64,000 bases of DNA, taken from the IMG/VR virus record IMGVR_UViG_3300045051_000720, positions 1-64,000 of that record, one strand, 5' to 3'. Below are positions 26,493 through 36,815 of this stretch, one piece after another (positions within the stretch are counted from its first letter, which is position 1; the number at the start of each line of letters is the position of its first letter). The translations under genes were made by a program, and so were the position numbers. Below the pieces are notes generated by a model, which was not told where the DNA came from, did not search any database, and saw nothing but the letters and a program-made list of their open reading frames with translations.

Positions 26493-27668
26493 ATGAATCC
26501 CCGCAAGAGAAACCTCAAGGTTACATTCGAGCGCACGCCCGAGCAGATCGAACTCGTCCAGCGCATGGGCTCGAAGAACAAGACCGAGTCGATGGCCGCC
26601 GCCGAGGCTCTCGCGGCAGTAATGACGCGCCCCATCCTGCAAGTCATCGAGCAGGCTCCCGTCATCAGCAACCTCTACCAGACGCTGACCTTCAGCGCCG
26701 GTACGCCGTCCACCATCCCGCTCGACCCGTACTTCGATGTGCGCGCGCGCAACTTCCTCAACGTCTGGACCCAGAGCCAGCCGGGTGGCAATGCGCAGAA
26801 CTTCAACGTCGGCGCGACCGAGTTGTACGTCCAGACCTACCCGCTGTTCAGCGAGGTCTCGATGAACAAGAACCAGCTGCGCGCTGGCAACCTTGACTAT
26901 CTCGCTGCGTACCTCACCCGCCTCGTGCAGGAGGTCCTGCTGGTTCAGGAAACCAACGGCGCGTTCGTGCTGTTCAATTCGGCGGCTGGTGCTCGCATCG
27001 ACGGTGACGGCACCAACAATGCGACCAACAACCTCACGGTTGCGCGTTCGGCAACGGCTGGCGTCTTCCAGCTGGACGACTGGAACACGATCGAAATCGG
27101 TTACGACCGCACCACGGCGTCGTGGGTCGGTGGTACGCCGGTCAATGATCGCCGCTCCATCACCGATCTGCTCGGTTCGCCCGAGTGGATGGGCCAGATC
27201 CGCGCTATCGCCTATCAGCCGCAGAACACCCGTCAGGGTGCAGTCACGGTTCAGGGTGGCAGCTCCATCGCGGCTCCCGAGTCCCTGCGCGAAGAAATCT
27301 TCCGCGGCGGTGGCATCCCCACCCTGTTCGGCGTCGACCTGCACAAGGTCTACGAAATGGGCGTCGGGCGCAATTACAACACGGTGTATGACACCGCGGT
27401 TGGTGCGACGGCTCTCCCCGTCAACGGTGGCGGCTTCGGCGGCACGGCTGGTGCGGCCTTCAACGGCGCGACCGAGCAGGTGGTTGTTGGTCTTAACAGC
27501 GAGATGTTCGACCTTGCCCGCCTCCGCATGACGGAGATGGGCAGTGAGTTCAGCCTCGTGGCGGACGATCAGTTCACCCTGCGGCAGGACAGATTAGGGA
27601 TGTTCGGCGGTTTGGTCGAGGGCTACGTTTCCGTAGAGTCCCGCAGCAAGTTCCTGCTGGTGTACTAA
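26493..27668 (+). CDS. major capsid protein
   Basis: 391 aa, strongly biased codons, follows protease/decoration genes, ends in strong terminator. Confidence 0.85.
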   Translation: MNPRKRNLKVTFERTPEQIELVQRMGSKNKTESMAAAEALAAVMTRPILQVIEQAPVISNLYQTLTFSAGTPSTIPLDPYFDVRARNFLNVWTQSQPGGNAQNFNVGATELYVQTYPLFSEVSMNKNQLRAGNLDYLAAYLTRLVQEVLLVQETNGAFVLFNSAAGARIDGDGTNNATNNLTVARSATAGVFQLDDWNTIEIGYDRTTASWVGGTPVNDRRSITDLLGSPEWMGQIRAIAYQPQNTRQGAVTVQGGSSIAAPESLREEIFRGGGIPTLFGVDLHKVYEMGVGRNYNTVYDTAVGATALPVNGGGFGGTAGAAFNGATEQVVVGLNSEMFDLARLRMTEMGSEFSLVADDQFTLRQDRLGMFGGLVEGYVSVESRSKFLLVY

Positions 27669-27688
27669 TCATACAGATACACTTCTTC

Positions 27689-27713
27689 AAGCCCGCCTCG
27701 TGCGGGCTTTTTC
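27689..27713 (+). terminator. rho-independent terminator
   Basis: AAGCCCGC-CTCGT-GCGGGCTT stem-loop plus U tract. Confidence 0.85.
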
Positions 27714-27748
27714 TTCATCTCCTACCCTCAAGAGCCTATTTGTTTCTC

Positions 27749-28726
27749 ATGATAACCACCCCATGGACCTCTCAAGAAGACGCTATCCTGCGTGAACGCT
27801 TTGCTTCGTGTTCTAGCATCGAAGAAGTGGTGCCTTATTTACCCGGACGCACCTATAACGCGATACGCACACGCGCTAACGCATATCTTGGTGTCAAAAT
27901 AAAAAAACTTCCCGTCCACGATACCCACTGTTTTGACGTGCCCGATGAGATCAACTGTTCGTGGGCGGGTTATCTGGCAGCAGACGGATGTGTATCTGAC
28001 AAAGGCCGCTTAACGTTAGGTATTGCGAGTAAAGACCGTGCTCATATTGAAGCGTTAGTACTGTATATGGGATTCACAGGGCGGATTTGGGACTATACCA
28101 AATCCTATACCGACCTCAAGGTGAAAAAATACGGCAAGGTCAGTACCTACTCGGGTACTTGCCATATCTCCACCCTTCAAATCCAATGTCCAGCCGTCTG
28201 TGTACAACTAGCTAGACACTGGAACATCACGCCTCGCAAAACGCGCACTCTGCAACCTCCTAATCTGACTGATGACCGCCTTATCATGGCTTACCTCTCG
28301 GGTTTTATTGACGGCGATGGATGGATTATCGAGGACAAAAGCACAAAGCACCCCCAGTACAGCATTGCCGTCATGGGTACTAAGGAGATGATGGAATGGA
28401 CCAAGGCTGTATTTGATCGTCTGACGCCTTACCTTATCACTGCTAAGCTACAGCCCACTGAATCGGACAACATATACGATTACAAGGTCAGCGGGGTCAA
28501 GGCTTTCTGGTTGGCTAAATTATTTTTGACGCTGGATATTCCTCGTCTTGACCGGAAATGGGACAAAATGCGACGATTGATTGCGGAGGTAGAGGCAGGC
28601 ACTCCGTCCCAACGTTTTTTAACCACTATGGTAAATGGTCGCCCTAGCGATACCATCCTTACGCAGTTCGGACTCCTTGATTACGCAAATGCCTTATGCA
28701 CAACGGTTAGACCAAGTGTAGCATAA
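27749..28726 (+). mobile_element. free-standing double-motif LAGLIDADG homing endonuclease
   Basis: WAGYLAADGC and YLSGFIDGDG motifs; AT-richer than flanks. Confidence 0.85.
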
Positions 28727-28741
28727 TCTCCCCCCCCTCGG

Positions 28742-28780
28742 GTGTATGGTATCCTGCTTACCTTACCCCATTGGGTAAGG
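28742..28780 (+). promoter_or_regulatory. late-promoter variant GTGTATGG plus perfect 8-bp hairpin CCTTACCC-CATT-GGGTAAGG
   Basis: direct reading of the intergenic sequence. Confidence 0.45.
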
Positions 28781-28800
28781 AACGGTCCAAGGCCCCTTTT

Positions 28801-29313
28801 ATGTCTACCCGCAAGAAAGCCCTCATTCCAGCCCAGTCCACGACTGGGGCTACCTCCACCCCCACCACGGTCAAATCCACCGTTAAAACGCAACAGGCGG
28901 CGGCTGTATGCCCCGCCGCGCCGCGTCGTAGTCCGGCGATGGGTCATCAAACCCATGGGGCTTTCACCCCTCTCACCGGCCCTATCACCAATGTGTCCCA
29001 GCTGATGAATGGCGGACGCAATATCGCCAAGGGTTCAGCCGGGTCCTTCGAGACACTGGGCGAATACTCAACCTATCTGAAAGGCCTCTCCCTTCACGAC
29101 CTCCACCGCCACGCCGTCGAAGACGCGCGCATTGTGCCAATCGACGATCGCGACCGTTTGATCCGCCGTCTGGAGACCGAATGGACCAGCACCGCATCGC
29201 GCTATCCGGGTCGCAACCCCGCCAATAACAAGATCCCCCAGCGCGCGCCTTTTACTGCCGCGCAGATGGAGGCGCAGGCCGAATTGCGCCGCAAGGCTCT
29301 GCGTCAGACCTAA
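28801..29313 (+). CDS. hypothetical protein (head morphogenesis region)
   Basis: ATG after pyrimidine leader; helical C-terminal domain. Confidence 0.65.
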   Translation: MSTRKKALIPAQSTTGATSTPTTVKSTVKTQQAAAVCPAAPRRSPAMGHQTHGAFTPLTGPITNVSQLMNGGRNIAKGSAGSFETLGEYSTYLKGLSLHDLHRHAVEDARIVPIDDRDRLIRRLETEWTSTASRYPGRNPANNKIPQRAPFTAAQMEAQAELRRKALRQT

Positions 29314-29326
29314 CGAGCGGCGCGGG

Positions 29327-29334
29327 GTGTATAA
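29327..29334 (+). promoter_or_regulatory. putative late promoter GTGTATAA
   Basis: 9 nt upstream of ATG 29344. Confidence 0.7.
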
Positions 29335-29343
29335 CCCTACGCC

Positions 29344-29862
29344 ATGGATGATCCTACTCTCATAGGTGGTTGGGCTTCGGGCGTCTGGCTAGAACTAGGC
29401 GCTCCTTCTACCGTTGCTGCTTCCACTATCTCCGGCTACGCCGTACAGGAGAGTACGCTCGGCCGCCTCAACAGCCTAATCGGCACCTGCTTCAGCGGGT
29501 CTGGTTACCTCGGCACAGGTACCTCCAACTATCAGATCGGCCCCTTCGTGACCAATACTGAGCTGGCGCTCATCGGAGCGATGTACACGGTTAGCTACTA
29601 CCGCAACCTTGCGCAGGCCATGATGGGGGCAACAACAGCCGGTATCCCGTGGACTACAATCAAGGAGGAGGGCAGCACTATCCAGCGCGCGAACGGCGCG
29701 AATATCGGTGAGATCTACCTCAAGGAGGCCAAGACCGCGAACGATCAGCTCAATTATCTGGTCAACGCCTATAGGCAAGGATCACAGGGCGGTAACATGG
29801 CCCGCAGCATTGACTATTACGATCTCAGTGGTCCCACCTACGGCGCGACGGTGTGGCCGTAG
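29344..29862 (+). CDS. putative head-tail adaptor
   Basis: 172 aa, position after MCP, WTTIKEEGSTIQR adaptor-like segment. Confidence 0.5.
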   Translation: MDDPTLIGGWASGVWLELGAPSTVAASTISGYAVQESTLGRLNSLIGTCFSGSGYLGTGTSNYQIGPFVTNTELALIGAMYTVSYYRNLAQAMMGATTAGIPWTTIKEEGSTIQRANGANIGEIYLKEAKTANDQLNYLVNAYRQGSQGGNMARSIDYYDLSGPTYGATVWP

Positions 29863-29871
29863 AGGGCATCC

Positions 29872-31008
29872 ATGGGCGAGTACACAGTCAACCGTACCCA
29901 GACATATGAGGCAAAGGCGGTCTTTGTCTCCAGCGGCGCGTACGATAGCGATCAAACGGTCAGTGGAAGCCTGCGCCAACTCTCACGCGTTCAGGGCGTA
30001 GATTGGTCAATCAACTATCCGGTCGAGCAGGTCACCTACCTTGACGTGGGCGACGAGGCCTATTTGAGCAGCCACAATCCCGTCGATGTGACCATCCAAT
30101 GGATGCACTCGAACGGACGCAATGAGCAGGCCTTGGGACTCGTTGACACAGTCGGGCTGAGTGGCACTGCCGCGCTCAATCTCGACCAAGAGAAGAACCT
30201 CTACATCACCATCGAGAACACCCCCGGTCGCGATGCCATCGGTGCGGCGCCGGGTTCGCCCAAGTCTATTATTGGGATGGGACAAGCACTGATGACTTCC
30301 TACGACCTCAGCGCGCAGGTCGGCGGCTATGTGCATTCACGCGCCACGATGAACTGCTTGACGGCATTCGTATACACGGGTACGTCGGGTAACGCGGTAC
30401 CAGCAGTGCAATATCAAAACGGCGCACAACTCACTGGCCAGTTTGTCCTCCAACAGGCCTTCATCCAGTACGATCCCAACATCACGGGTTTTGACAATCC
30501 CATCGCTGCGCCCGCAGTCGGCGCACGAGATATGTTTCTGACCTTCCCCGAGGGTACACCCTTCGGCGCGATTTTCTCTGGCGCGCAATCGTGGTACCTG
30601 CAAGGTTTCAGCCTTGGCCTCGACATCGCGCGGCGTGAGCTAAAACCCTTGGGGAGCGTCTACCCTCCCGTCCGTGCCACCCACTATCCAATCGTGGTGA
30701 GTTTGAGTACCGACGCCATTGTCAATCGCTATCAGCGCGATCAACTCGATCGCATCGATTGTCTTGCCACCGGTCAGAGTGTGTACCTCATCGTCAAGCA
30801 GCCCTGTTCGTCGGACGTGCTATTCGGCATCTATCTGGACCACCTTCAGATCCAATCGCAGTCCTTCACGACCGACATTGGAAACGCCGATCGGGCAACC
30901 GTTCAATGGCGCGGGCTGATTACAAACCCCAACGCCTTCTTCATCAATCCGTGGGTTGCCTCTCTGGTCAATCTGGACACCCAAAGCGGAATTGGCGACA
31001 CGTGGTAA
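29872..31008 (+). CDS. tail-tube-like protein (paralogue 3)
   Basis: SRVQGVDWS and LQGFSLGLDIARRELKPLG..YP..R segments shared with 48561..49712 and 49848..50804. Confidence 0.55.
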   Translation: MGEYTVNRTQTYEAKAVFVSSGAYDSDQTVSGSLRQLSRVQGVDWSINYPVEQVTYLDVGDEAYLSSHNPVDVTIQWMHSNGRNEQALGLVDTVGLSGTAALNLDQEKNLYITIENTPGRDAIGAAPGSPKSIIGMGQALMTSYDLSAQVGGYVHSRATMNCLTAFVYTGTSGNAVPAVQYQNGAQLTGQFVLQQAFIQYDPNITGFDNPIAAPAVGARDMFLTFPEGTPFGAIFSGAQSWYLQGFSLGLDIARRELKPLGSVYPPVRATHYPIVVSLSTDAIVNRYQRDQLDRIDCLATGQSVYLIVKQPCSSDVLFGIYLDHLQIQSQSFTTDIGNADRATVQWRGLITNPNAFFINPWVASLVNLDTQSGIGDTW

Positions 31009-31224
31009 TCAGGGTGGCGCGACTTCGGCGGCCTTGATGGCGATGATTTGCTTTTGGATGGCATCAGTCAGGCTGGCGATATACGACAGCGCGCCGCGAT
31101 GTTGTTCAATCTGATTATTCAGGTCGTGAACTTGCGCGAGCTTGGCATTGGCAGCTTCTTGTAGACGTGTCGCGTCTTGTTGTAGAGCGACAAGCTGGGC
31201 TTGGAGGGTAAGGGGGTCTAACAT
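31009..31224 (-). CDS. small coiled-coil protein (tail fibre chaperone-like)
   Basis: 71 aa heptad pattern after gpJ-like gene. Confidence 0.55.
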   Translation of the reverse strand: MLDPLTLQAQLVALQQDATRLQEAANAKLAQVHDLNNQIEQHRGALSYIASLTDAIQKQIIAIKAAEVAPP

Positions 31225-31227
31225 AGA

Positions 31228-34200
31228 TTAGGGGTTCGGGATAGTACCCTGACGAGAGCCATCAACATAGACCTCAACGTTAGCACCATTCCAGTTAAGC
31301 GAAATGTTATTAGAGCCTGTATACTGAATCCCATTACCTTTTACCTGAAAGGGGACCTGAAAAGTTGCTTTACCGTCAAAATTAGATGTAGTGTCTACAT
31401 CAAGGATATCGCAGTTGATGGAGCCATTCTGGCCGTTTAACGTAATAGTGCCGGCCGCCGATTCGTTAGATAATAATAGAACCCCGGGAAATTGTCCACC
31501 AATGTTCTGTGCTCCTAGGGCGACTACTAAATTATTAGACGTATTAAATGAGCGAAATAGTTTATTTCCGGCTGCCCCTAGGAACATTTCCAATCGCTCT
31601 CCAGCAGGATCTCCTACTAACGCCCCTTGAGTATTTAATACTGCGAGTGAAGATCCGGCTCCTCCAGTAAAAGCCCCACGCGCCGAGACGTTGTTAAACT
31701 CTGCATCGCCGTTTGCTCTAATTCTCCATCCCGCGCTGCCCGCGCTGAATGTACTACTTTCAAGATCGAGATTGCCAAACACAGCAGTTCCGTACGACTG
31801 GAATGAATTGACCGTCGCTTTCATGGACGCGATCTTGCCATCTGCTCCAATCTCAAATCCCCATCGCGCCTGAGCCGCACCACCAATTCCATTCACGCTA
31901 CCGGTCACTGCCGCGTCCATGTAAAGACGGGCAGTGGCATTATTACCTGTAGTGACGGTGCTGAGCTGGGTCAGATAGGCCGCATAAGCACCTCCTGACG
32001 CTGCCAATGCATCCATGATGGTACCCGCCAGCGCGTAGTTAATCGCGCCAGTTGTCACTAGCCGCGCGCTGACCGCATTGATCTGCGTAGACTGTGCGCC
32101 GCTTGCGTTGACAACAGCTGTCTGGATGGATGCATTAAGTGCAGTGCTGATCGCACCCACTCCAGTGATCGATCCACTCAGACCAATCACTGTAGTGAGA
32201 AGCGTAGATCCAGTCTGATAGAGCGCGGTTTGAAACAGGTTGAGGTCACCCGTTAGGAGGTTAAACGCGCCCGACAGCCGATCACTGATGTCATAGAAGA
32301 ACGTCCCGAACAATTGTTCGGCATTACCCGAGATGGGACCATAGATCGGAGCATTGTAATCACCGTTAGCCGCGAGCGATCCGCTATAGCCAAACGTATC
32401 GACCAGCGAGAACCACGTGTAGAAAGACCCTACCTGTGGCGCAATGTTGGCGTTTCCCGCTAGATTAGTCGAGGTGAAGTTGACATTATCGTAGGTTGGC
32501 GTGAACGATGGACTGGCATTGCACCACAGATAGATCCCACTGATATCACTCTGGGGGCGTGGTGTGATGTTGTACACAACACCGCCGTTATACCCCACGA
32601 ATCCGCTGTTCAAAGGCGGTGGAGGCTGGGGGTTGTTGACCGCAAGTCGCGCGCCTGATACCACGTTGTTAAACTCATCTACCGAATCTACCGCGAAGGT
32701 AAACCCGCGCAGGGGTTTCACGGTCGTGCCGGTGAACAGATACTGAGGATCGATATTCCACGTCGTGTTGCTCCCGCCGCTGATCGAGATGTCGGTGGAC
32801 GACAGAATCGTGCTTTCGGCGCCCAGCTTGAGCAGTCGCGCCCGGTATCCCGTTACGAACTGTGCGGTCGGCGTTTCGTTATCATTCGAATCAAGGTTAA
32901 CATGCCAGCCAAACGATGGCGAGCGGCCCATATAACCCGTGTAGCGCGCATCGCTCGGGCGAATGTAGTACATGTCTTCATTGGCCGCGATGAACACACC
33001 AGACAGTGCTGCGGTCGTACCCAACGGATTTGTGGACGCGTTGGTATAGAGGATACGGCAGAACGGAGACTGATATCCATTGGCGTTGTTAGCCGCTACT
33101 GAGAAGGTATAAACGCCGTATCGATCGGGGGTGTAGTTGATTCCTGTCGTCTGTGGTTGACCAATCAGGAAGGGTGTACCCCCAAACGACCCTGACTGGG
33201 TATAGTAGGCCACATTGGACGATGTGGACCCCGACCACGACAGGTAGAGATACGAGTAAAAGCTGTTATCCACTTCCAACCCCGTCACGCGCGTCGCGAC
33301 CAATCCGGTTGGCGGAGCGGGTGGGGTAGTATCGCCCGCGACTGGGGGATTAGTCACCACCGAGTAGTTGTTGTTGACGAGGTAGTTGACACCAGTGTTA
33401 TATTTGACCCCGAGGATCTCGATTGTCCCCTGCCGCGGCTCGGAGGTCGCCAAACATTTGTATTGCGTGGCTTGGTCAAACACCGTGACCGATGTACCAC
33501 TGGCGGTCAGAGTCCACGTCGATCCTTTGAACAGCGCGCTAGAGAAGCCGCTATTCAGCGTCAGCAATGTCGTACTGTTGGTCGGGGCGGTAGTGACCGT
33601 GCGCGTCTCGATCTGAGAGTTGCGAATCAGTCCCACCTGATTGGACCCCGTGATTCCGGTCGCATCCACCGTCGCGGGCACGATGGCGGCCATGAAATAG
33701 GTGAAACCGTTGGTGAGCTTGACGGATTTGTCCAGCGTGATCGCCTCTCGGCCCGTGCTGAAGTCCATGATCTTACCGCCCTGCTGCTGGTTGTTGCGGT
33801 AGTTGTCGTAGACGTTGAACACGTCACCCGGACGCAGGTATAATCCCTCCACATCGGTCGCGAAAGCAATGGTCTCCGTCAACAGCTGTTCAACCGTCAA
33901 TATCCAGTTGGCCGCACGGATGGCTTGCCCGCGTGAGGTGGTCGCGAAGGCAGTGATCTGCTTCTCGACATAACCGAATCGGGCGATGCCTTGGGTGTCT
34001 TCGACGCGCTCAGGGGTCGTACGAAACAGATTGTCTGGGTCCGTCCATTTGACTACGCACACTGTCGAACGCGTGTTGCGCGGCGTGTCCGAGTACGTAA
34101 ACGCACCGTTGACGACGTTGGCGTTGGAGAAATTGAACACCGGGTCGCGCAACTCGCTACCTACCGGGAAGATTCGCCCATTGGCGTAGTACAACATGCC

Positions 34201-35397
34201 GCGAAACACCGAGACGAGGTTGTTGAGCAGGGTGTAGGCATCCTGCGGCTGTTGGATAGCCACGTTGCACGTGAAGCGGGGTTCGAGGCCGCCATTGCCG
34301 TCATCCACCATCTCGTCGCAGAACTGGGCAATCTGGTACAACGTCCACTTGTCCAGCCACTCGGGACGGATGTAGCGCCCCAAACCGTACCGCTTGTTCG
34401 TGACGATGTCGTAGAAGATCCATGCGGGGTTGTCGGTCCACTTGCGCGTACTCAGCCCGCCCGTCCAGATGCCCGGATACACCGCCGCCGTGATTGTCCC
34501 ATCAACGTTATACGCAGTGGGCGTATAGCCATCCGGTACAAGCACCTCGATGCCCTTGCAATCAATCGCGCGCGTTGGGATACCGGCGAACTGGTCTGCG
34601 CTCAGTTCAATCCCCACCATAGCCGACATTGGGTATCGGTACTGGTTAGAGGACACCACCGCCATGGTATCGACATAGAGATCGTTGGCGGTGTTGACCG
34701 AGAGGATGTTGTTGTCCAATCGGCTGACGCGCACCTTCCATGAGTAAAAATCGGCTCCGGCAGGGGTCTTGGGCAGCGGGATGACGTGGGTCTTGTAGTA
34801 GGCCGACGTACACTTACCCTTGATCTCGTAAACCGTGCTGGGATTGCCATCACCATCCGGCCCGAGAATCTGGGGCGTAAACGGGCCGTTGTTGGTCGAG
34901 ATGGCAATCTCGTAGAACAAGCTGAACTGGTTGGTATTGCCGTTGGACGTGTCGACTGTGTAAAGCGCCGGGACGCGAGTAGTGACCTTCAGGCCCTCGC
35001 CATCAGGGTACTGAGTGGTATTAAACGATGCAATGACGCTCTTGGGGTAGCCAGCATTGACGTTCGGGAAGGCGGCGTTGAGCGGGGGATTTGTGACGCG
35101 GGTGTTGTACGGAAGCGGGATGAGTGCCTCGACCTTGTCAAAGCCCGTGATGGCGTACTCACCCGACGCACCGCTTTTCCAGCCAAAGCTGAAACCCTGT
35201 CCTGACAGATTGAAGTTGGGCGACCCATCGCCGTTCAGCAACGGCACCCCATCAAAATAGATGGAACACATCGGGTTCGATCCCGACACACCCGACTGCG
35301 GCCAGAATATGGGCGATGGCCCCTCCGTCACCAGATCAAGAATCTTGATCCGGGTGTTGGAGATGAGGGTATTGGGGGATTCGACGGAGCCGGCCAT
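31228..35397 (-). CDS. lambda gpJ-like central tail fibre / tip attachment protein
   Basis: KWTDNPAWIFYD, EPRFTCN, FATTSRGQAIRAANW, FN3-like segment, C-terminal GWRIRANGDAEFNNV. Confidence 0.92.
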   Translation of the reverse strand: MAGSVESPNTLISNTRIKILDLVTEGPSPIFWPQSGVSGSNPMCSIYFDGVPLLNGDGSPNFNLSGQGFSFGWKSGASGEYAITGFDKVEALIPLPYNTRVTNPPLNAAFPNVNAGYPKSVIASFNTTQYPDGEGLKVTTRVPALYTVDTSNGNTNQFSLFYEIAISTNNGPFTPQILGPDGDGNPSTVYEIKGKCTSAYYKTHVIPLPKTPAGADFYSWKVRVSRLDNNILSVNTANDLYVDTMAVVSSNQYRYPMSAMVGIELSADQFAGIPTRAIDCKGIEVLVPDGYTPTAYNVDGTITAAVYPGIWTGGLSTRKWTDNPAWIFYDIVTNKRYGLGRYIRPEWLDKWTLYQIAQFCDEMVDDGNGGLEPRFTCNVAIQQPQDAYTLLNNLVSVFRGMLYYANGRIFPVGSELRDPVFNFSNANVVNGAFTYSDTPRNTRSTVCVVKWTDPDNLFRTTPERVEDTQGIARFGYVEKQITAFATTSRGQAIRAANWILTVEQLLTETIAFATDVEGLYLRPGDVFNVYDNYRNNQQQGGKIMDFSTGREAITLDKSVKLTNGFTYFMAAIVPATVDATGITGSNQVGLIRNSQIETRTVTTAPTNSTTLLTLNSGFSSALFKGSTWTLTASGTSVTVFDQATQYKCLATSEPRQGTIEILGVKYNTGVNYLVNNNYSVVTNPPVAGDTTPPAPPTGLVATRVTGLEVDNSFYSYLYLSWSGSTSSNVAYYTQSGSFGGTPFLIGQPQTTGINYTPDRYGVYTFSVAANNANGYQSPFCRILYTNASTNPLGTTAALSGVFIAANEDMYYIRPSDARYTGYMGRSPSFGWHVNLDSNDNETPTAQFVTGYRARLLKLGAESTILSSTDISISGGSNTTWNIDPQYLFTGTTVKPLRGFTFAVDSVDEFNNVVSGARLAVNNPQPPPPLNSGFVGYNGGVVYNITPRPQSDISGIYLWCNASPSFTPTYDNVNFTSTNLAGNANIAPQVGSFYTWFSLVDTFGYSGSLAANGDYNAPIYGPISGNAEQLFGTFFYDISDRLSGAFNLLTGDLNLFQTALYQTGSTLLTTVIGLSGSITGVGAISTALNASIQTAVVNASGAQSTQINAVSARLVTTGAINYALAGTIMDALAASGGAYAAYLTQLSTVTTGNNATARLYMDAAVTGSVNGIGGAAQARWGFEIGADGKIASMKATVNSFQSYGTAVFGNLDLESSTFSAGSAGWRIRANGDAEFNNVSARGAFTGGAGSSLAVLNTQGALVGDPAGERLEMFLGAAGNKLFRSFNTSNNLVVALGAQNIGGQFPGVLLLSNESAAGTITLNGQNGSINCDILDVDTTSNFDGKATFQVPFQVKGNGIQYTGSNNISLNWNGANVEVYVDGSRQGTIPNP

Positions 35398-35400
35398 GGT

Positions 35401-36111
35401 CTAGGCGGGATTGAGGTTGGGATCAGGTTGGTATTGACTACCACCACCCGGCAATGGAGTCGTCGTTACGCCACCAGTGGTACCGGCCTCGCTGGTGCTC
35501 ACATCATTGTTCGTGGTCGTCATGCAGACGGGAATGGGCGACACCAACGCGCGGCCATAGACGAGGGGCACGCAGCCGCCCTGAGTAACCGCCCCGGCGG
35601 TACCGGGAAAGGCGGTGGACTGAGCCTGATCGGGGTTCGCGCTGGCTCCTTGCGGGGTAGGAGTCAGCATTTGGGTGATGCCACCAAGGACCAGCGAAAT
35701 ACCAAACCCCGCGATGACCGTAGTCGCGGCAGTGAATCCAGCCGTGCCGACGAAGCTCCATGTGTACGGCAACAGACCGGGGTTGATGAATGACAACGCG
35801 ATCAACGCAACGCCCGCGATGACCTTGGCCGCACCACTATTACGCCCGCGAATCGTGGGCATGAAGAAGATGGTCGAGAGGCCCGACCGGTGCGTCCCCT
35901 CGCTGGGGTCAATCACATTGGACCGTTTTTGGAGAGCGATACGATACAGCTTGTCGCGCGCGGGGCCTGTCAAGTAGCGCGTCAACGCGCCACGGGTATT
36001 GATGTCAATCGCGCGCAACGCTTCGGCAGGCGACCGCACATCAAGCTGCCATTCGGATTGGCCAATGGCCTTGCCAAGAGACCCGACGAGATGAATGGTG
36101 GTCAGTTGCAT
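35401..36111 (-). CDS. lambda gpI-like tail assembly protein
   Basis: IHLVGSLG...SPAEALRAI, QGGCVPLVYG. Confidence 0.85.
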   Translation of the reverse strand: MQLTTIHLVGSLGKAIGQSEWQLDVRSPAEALRAIDINTRGALTRYLTGPARDKLYRIALQKRSNVIDPSEGTHRSGLSTIFFMPTIRGRNSGAAKVIAGVALIALSFINPGLLPYTWSFVGTAGFTAATTVIAGFGISLVLGGITQMLTPTPQGASANPDQAQSTAFPGTAGAVTQGGCVPLVYGRALVSPIPVCMTTTNNDVSTSEAGTTGGVTTTPLPGGGSQYQPDPNLNPA

Positions 36112-36815
36112 TGGTAACGGAGAACCCCAACGAGCCGACGCAGCCACGCGCCGTCGATTGGATCGATGGACGAGAGGTGATGACGGCGGTGATGGAGCAT
36201 TTGGTTAGGCCCGGTCACGACCGCGAGGTGGTGGGGGTAAGCGGACCCATAGGTGCGGAACAACAGCACGTCATCCGTGACAATAGGCTGGTCTTTGGGG
36301 ACGTAGACAAAGCCCTCGTCGGCGATGTGGCGCGTGATGGCTGACTCCTCGGCGTGCTCGAAGGACTCGTCACGATCGTAGTCGGTGAGGTAGATCCCAT
36401 GGGTTTGGCGGTAGTGAAGACGAATCGTTTCGTAGCAATCCCACTGTCCCCAGATCCAGACGAGTCCCGTGGGCTCTACGCGGTATGTCTCGGGCACATA
36501 GGTAGCCCATTTGCCCGACGCCGCGCACAGATGGAGTGGCAAACACATCTCGCGCGCGGTCTCAAGGTCTGCCTCACTGAACCCCTCGTTGGTATGGCTC
36601 GATCCGCCATGGTAGATGGCGCAAACTCGCCCGAGGCCCGCGGCAGTGGCGTAATCCGATGGGTCAATCTCGAAGGAGTCGTGGGGTTCTGGACTGACAT
36701 TGCGGCATGGGAAGGCGTGAACCGAAGACTCGGTGTGATAAACCAGCCCACACACTTCCTCGCCCGGCATGGCGTGGGTGTGAGCGACAATATCGGCTTT
36801 GACGCGCGTGTTCAT
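36102..36815 (-). CDS. lambda gpK-like protein (JAB-like + NlpC/P60)
   Basis: EEVCGL, WGQWDCY, PHHLAV motifs; ATGA overlap with gpL stop. Confidence 0.85.
   Translation of the reverse strand: MNTRVKADIVAHTHAMPGEEVCGLVYHTESSVHAFPCRNVSPEPHDSFEIDPSDYATAAGLGRVCAIYHGGSSHTNEGFSEADLETAREMCLPLHLCAASGKWATYVPETYRVEPTGLVWIWGQWDCYETIRLHYRQTHGIYLTDYDRDESFEHAEESAITRHIADEGFVYVPKDQPIVTDDVLLFRTYGSAYPHHLAVVTGPNQMLHHRRHHLSSIDPIDGAWLRRLVGVLRYQCN

Noticed and set aside
16218-27344. Long antisense ORFs (16218..17024, 23805..24644, 25092..25862, 26421..27344 and similar)
   Set aside because: Shadow frames of GC3-biased real genes; no motifs, promoters or plausible composition
18426-27668. Inteins in terminase, portal or capsid genes
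   Set aside because: No Cys/Ser...His-Asn splice junctions or embedded endonuclease motifs; the protease insert is a 2H domain, not a Hint domain
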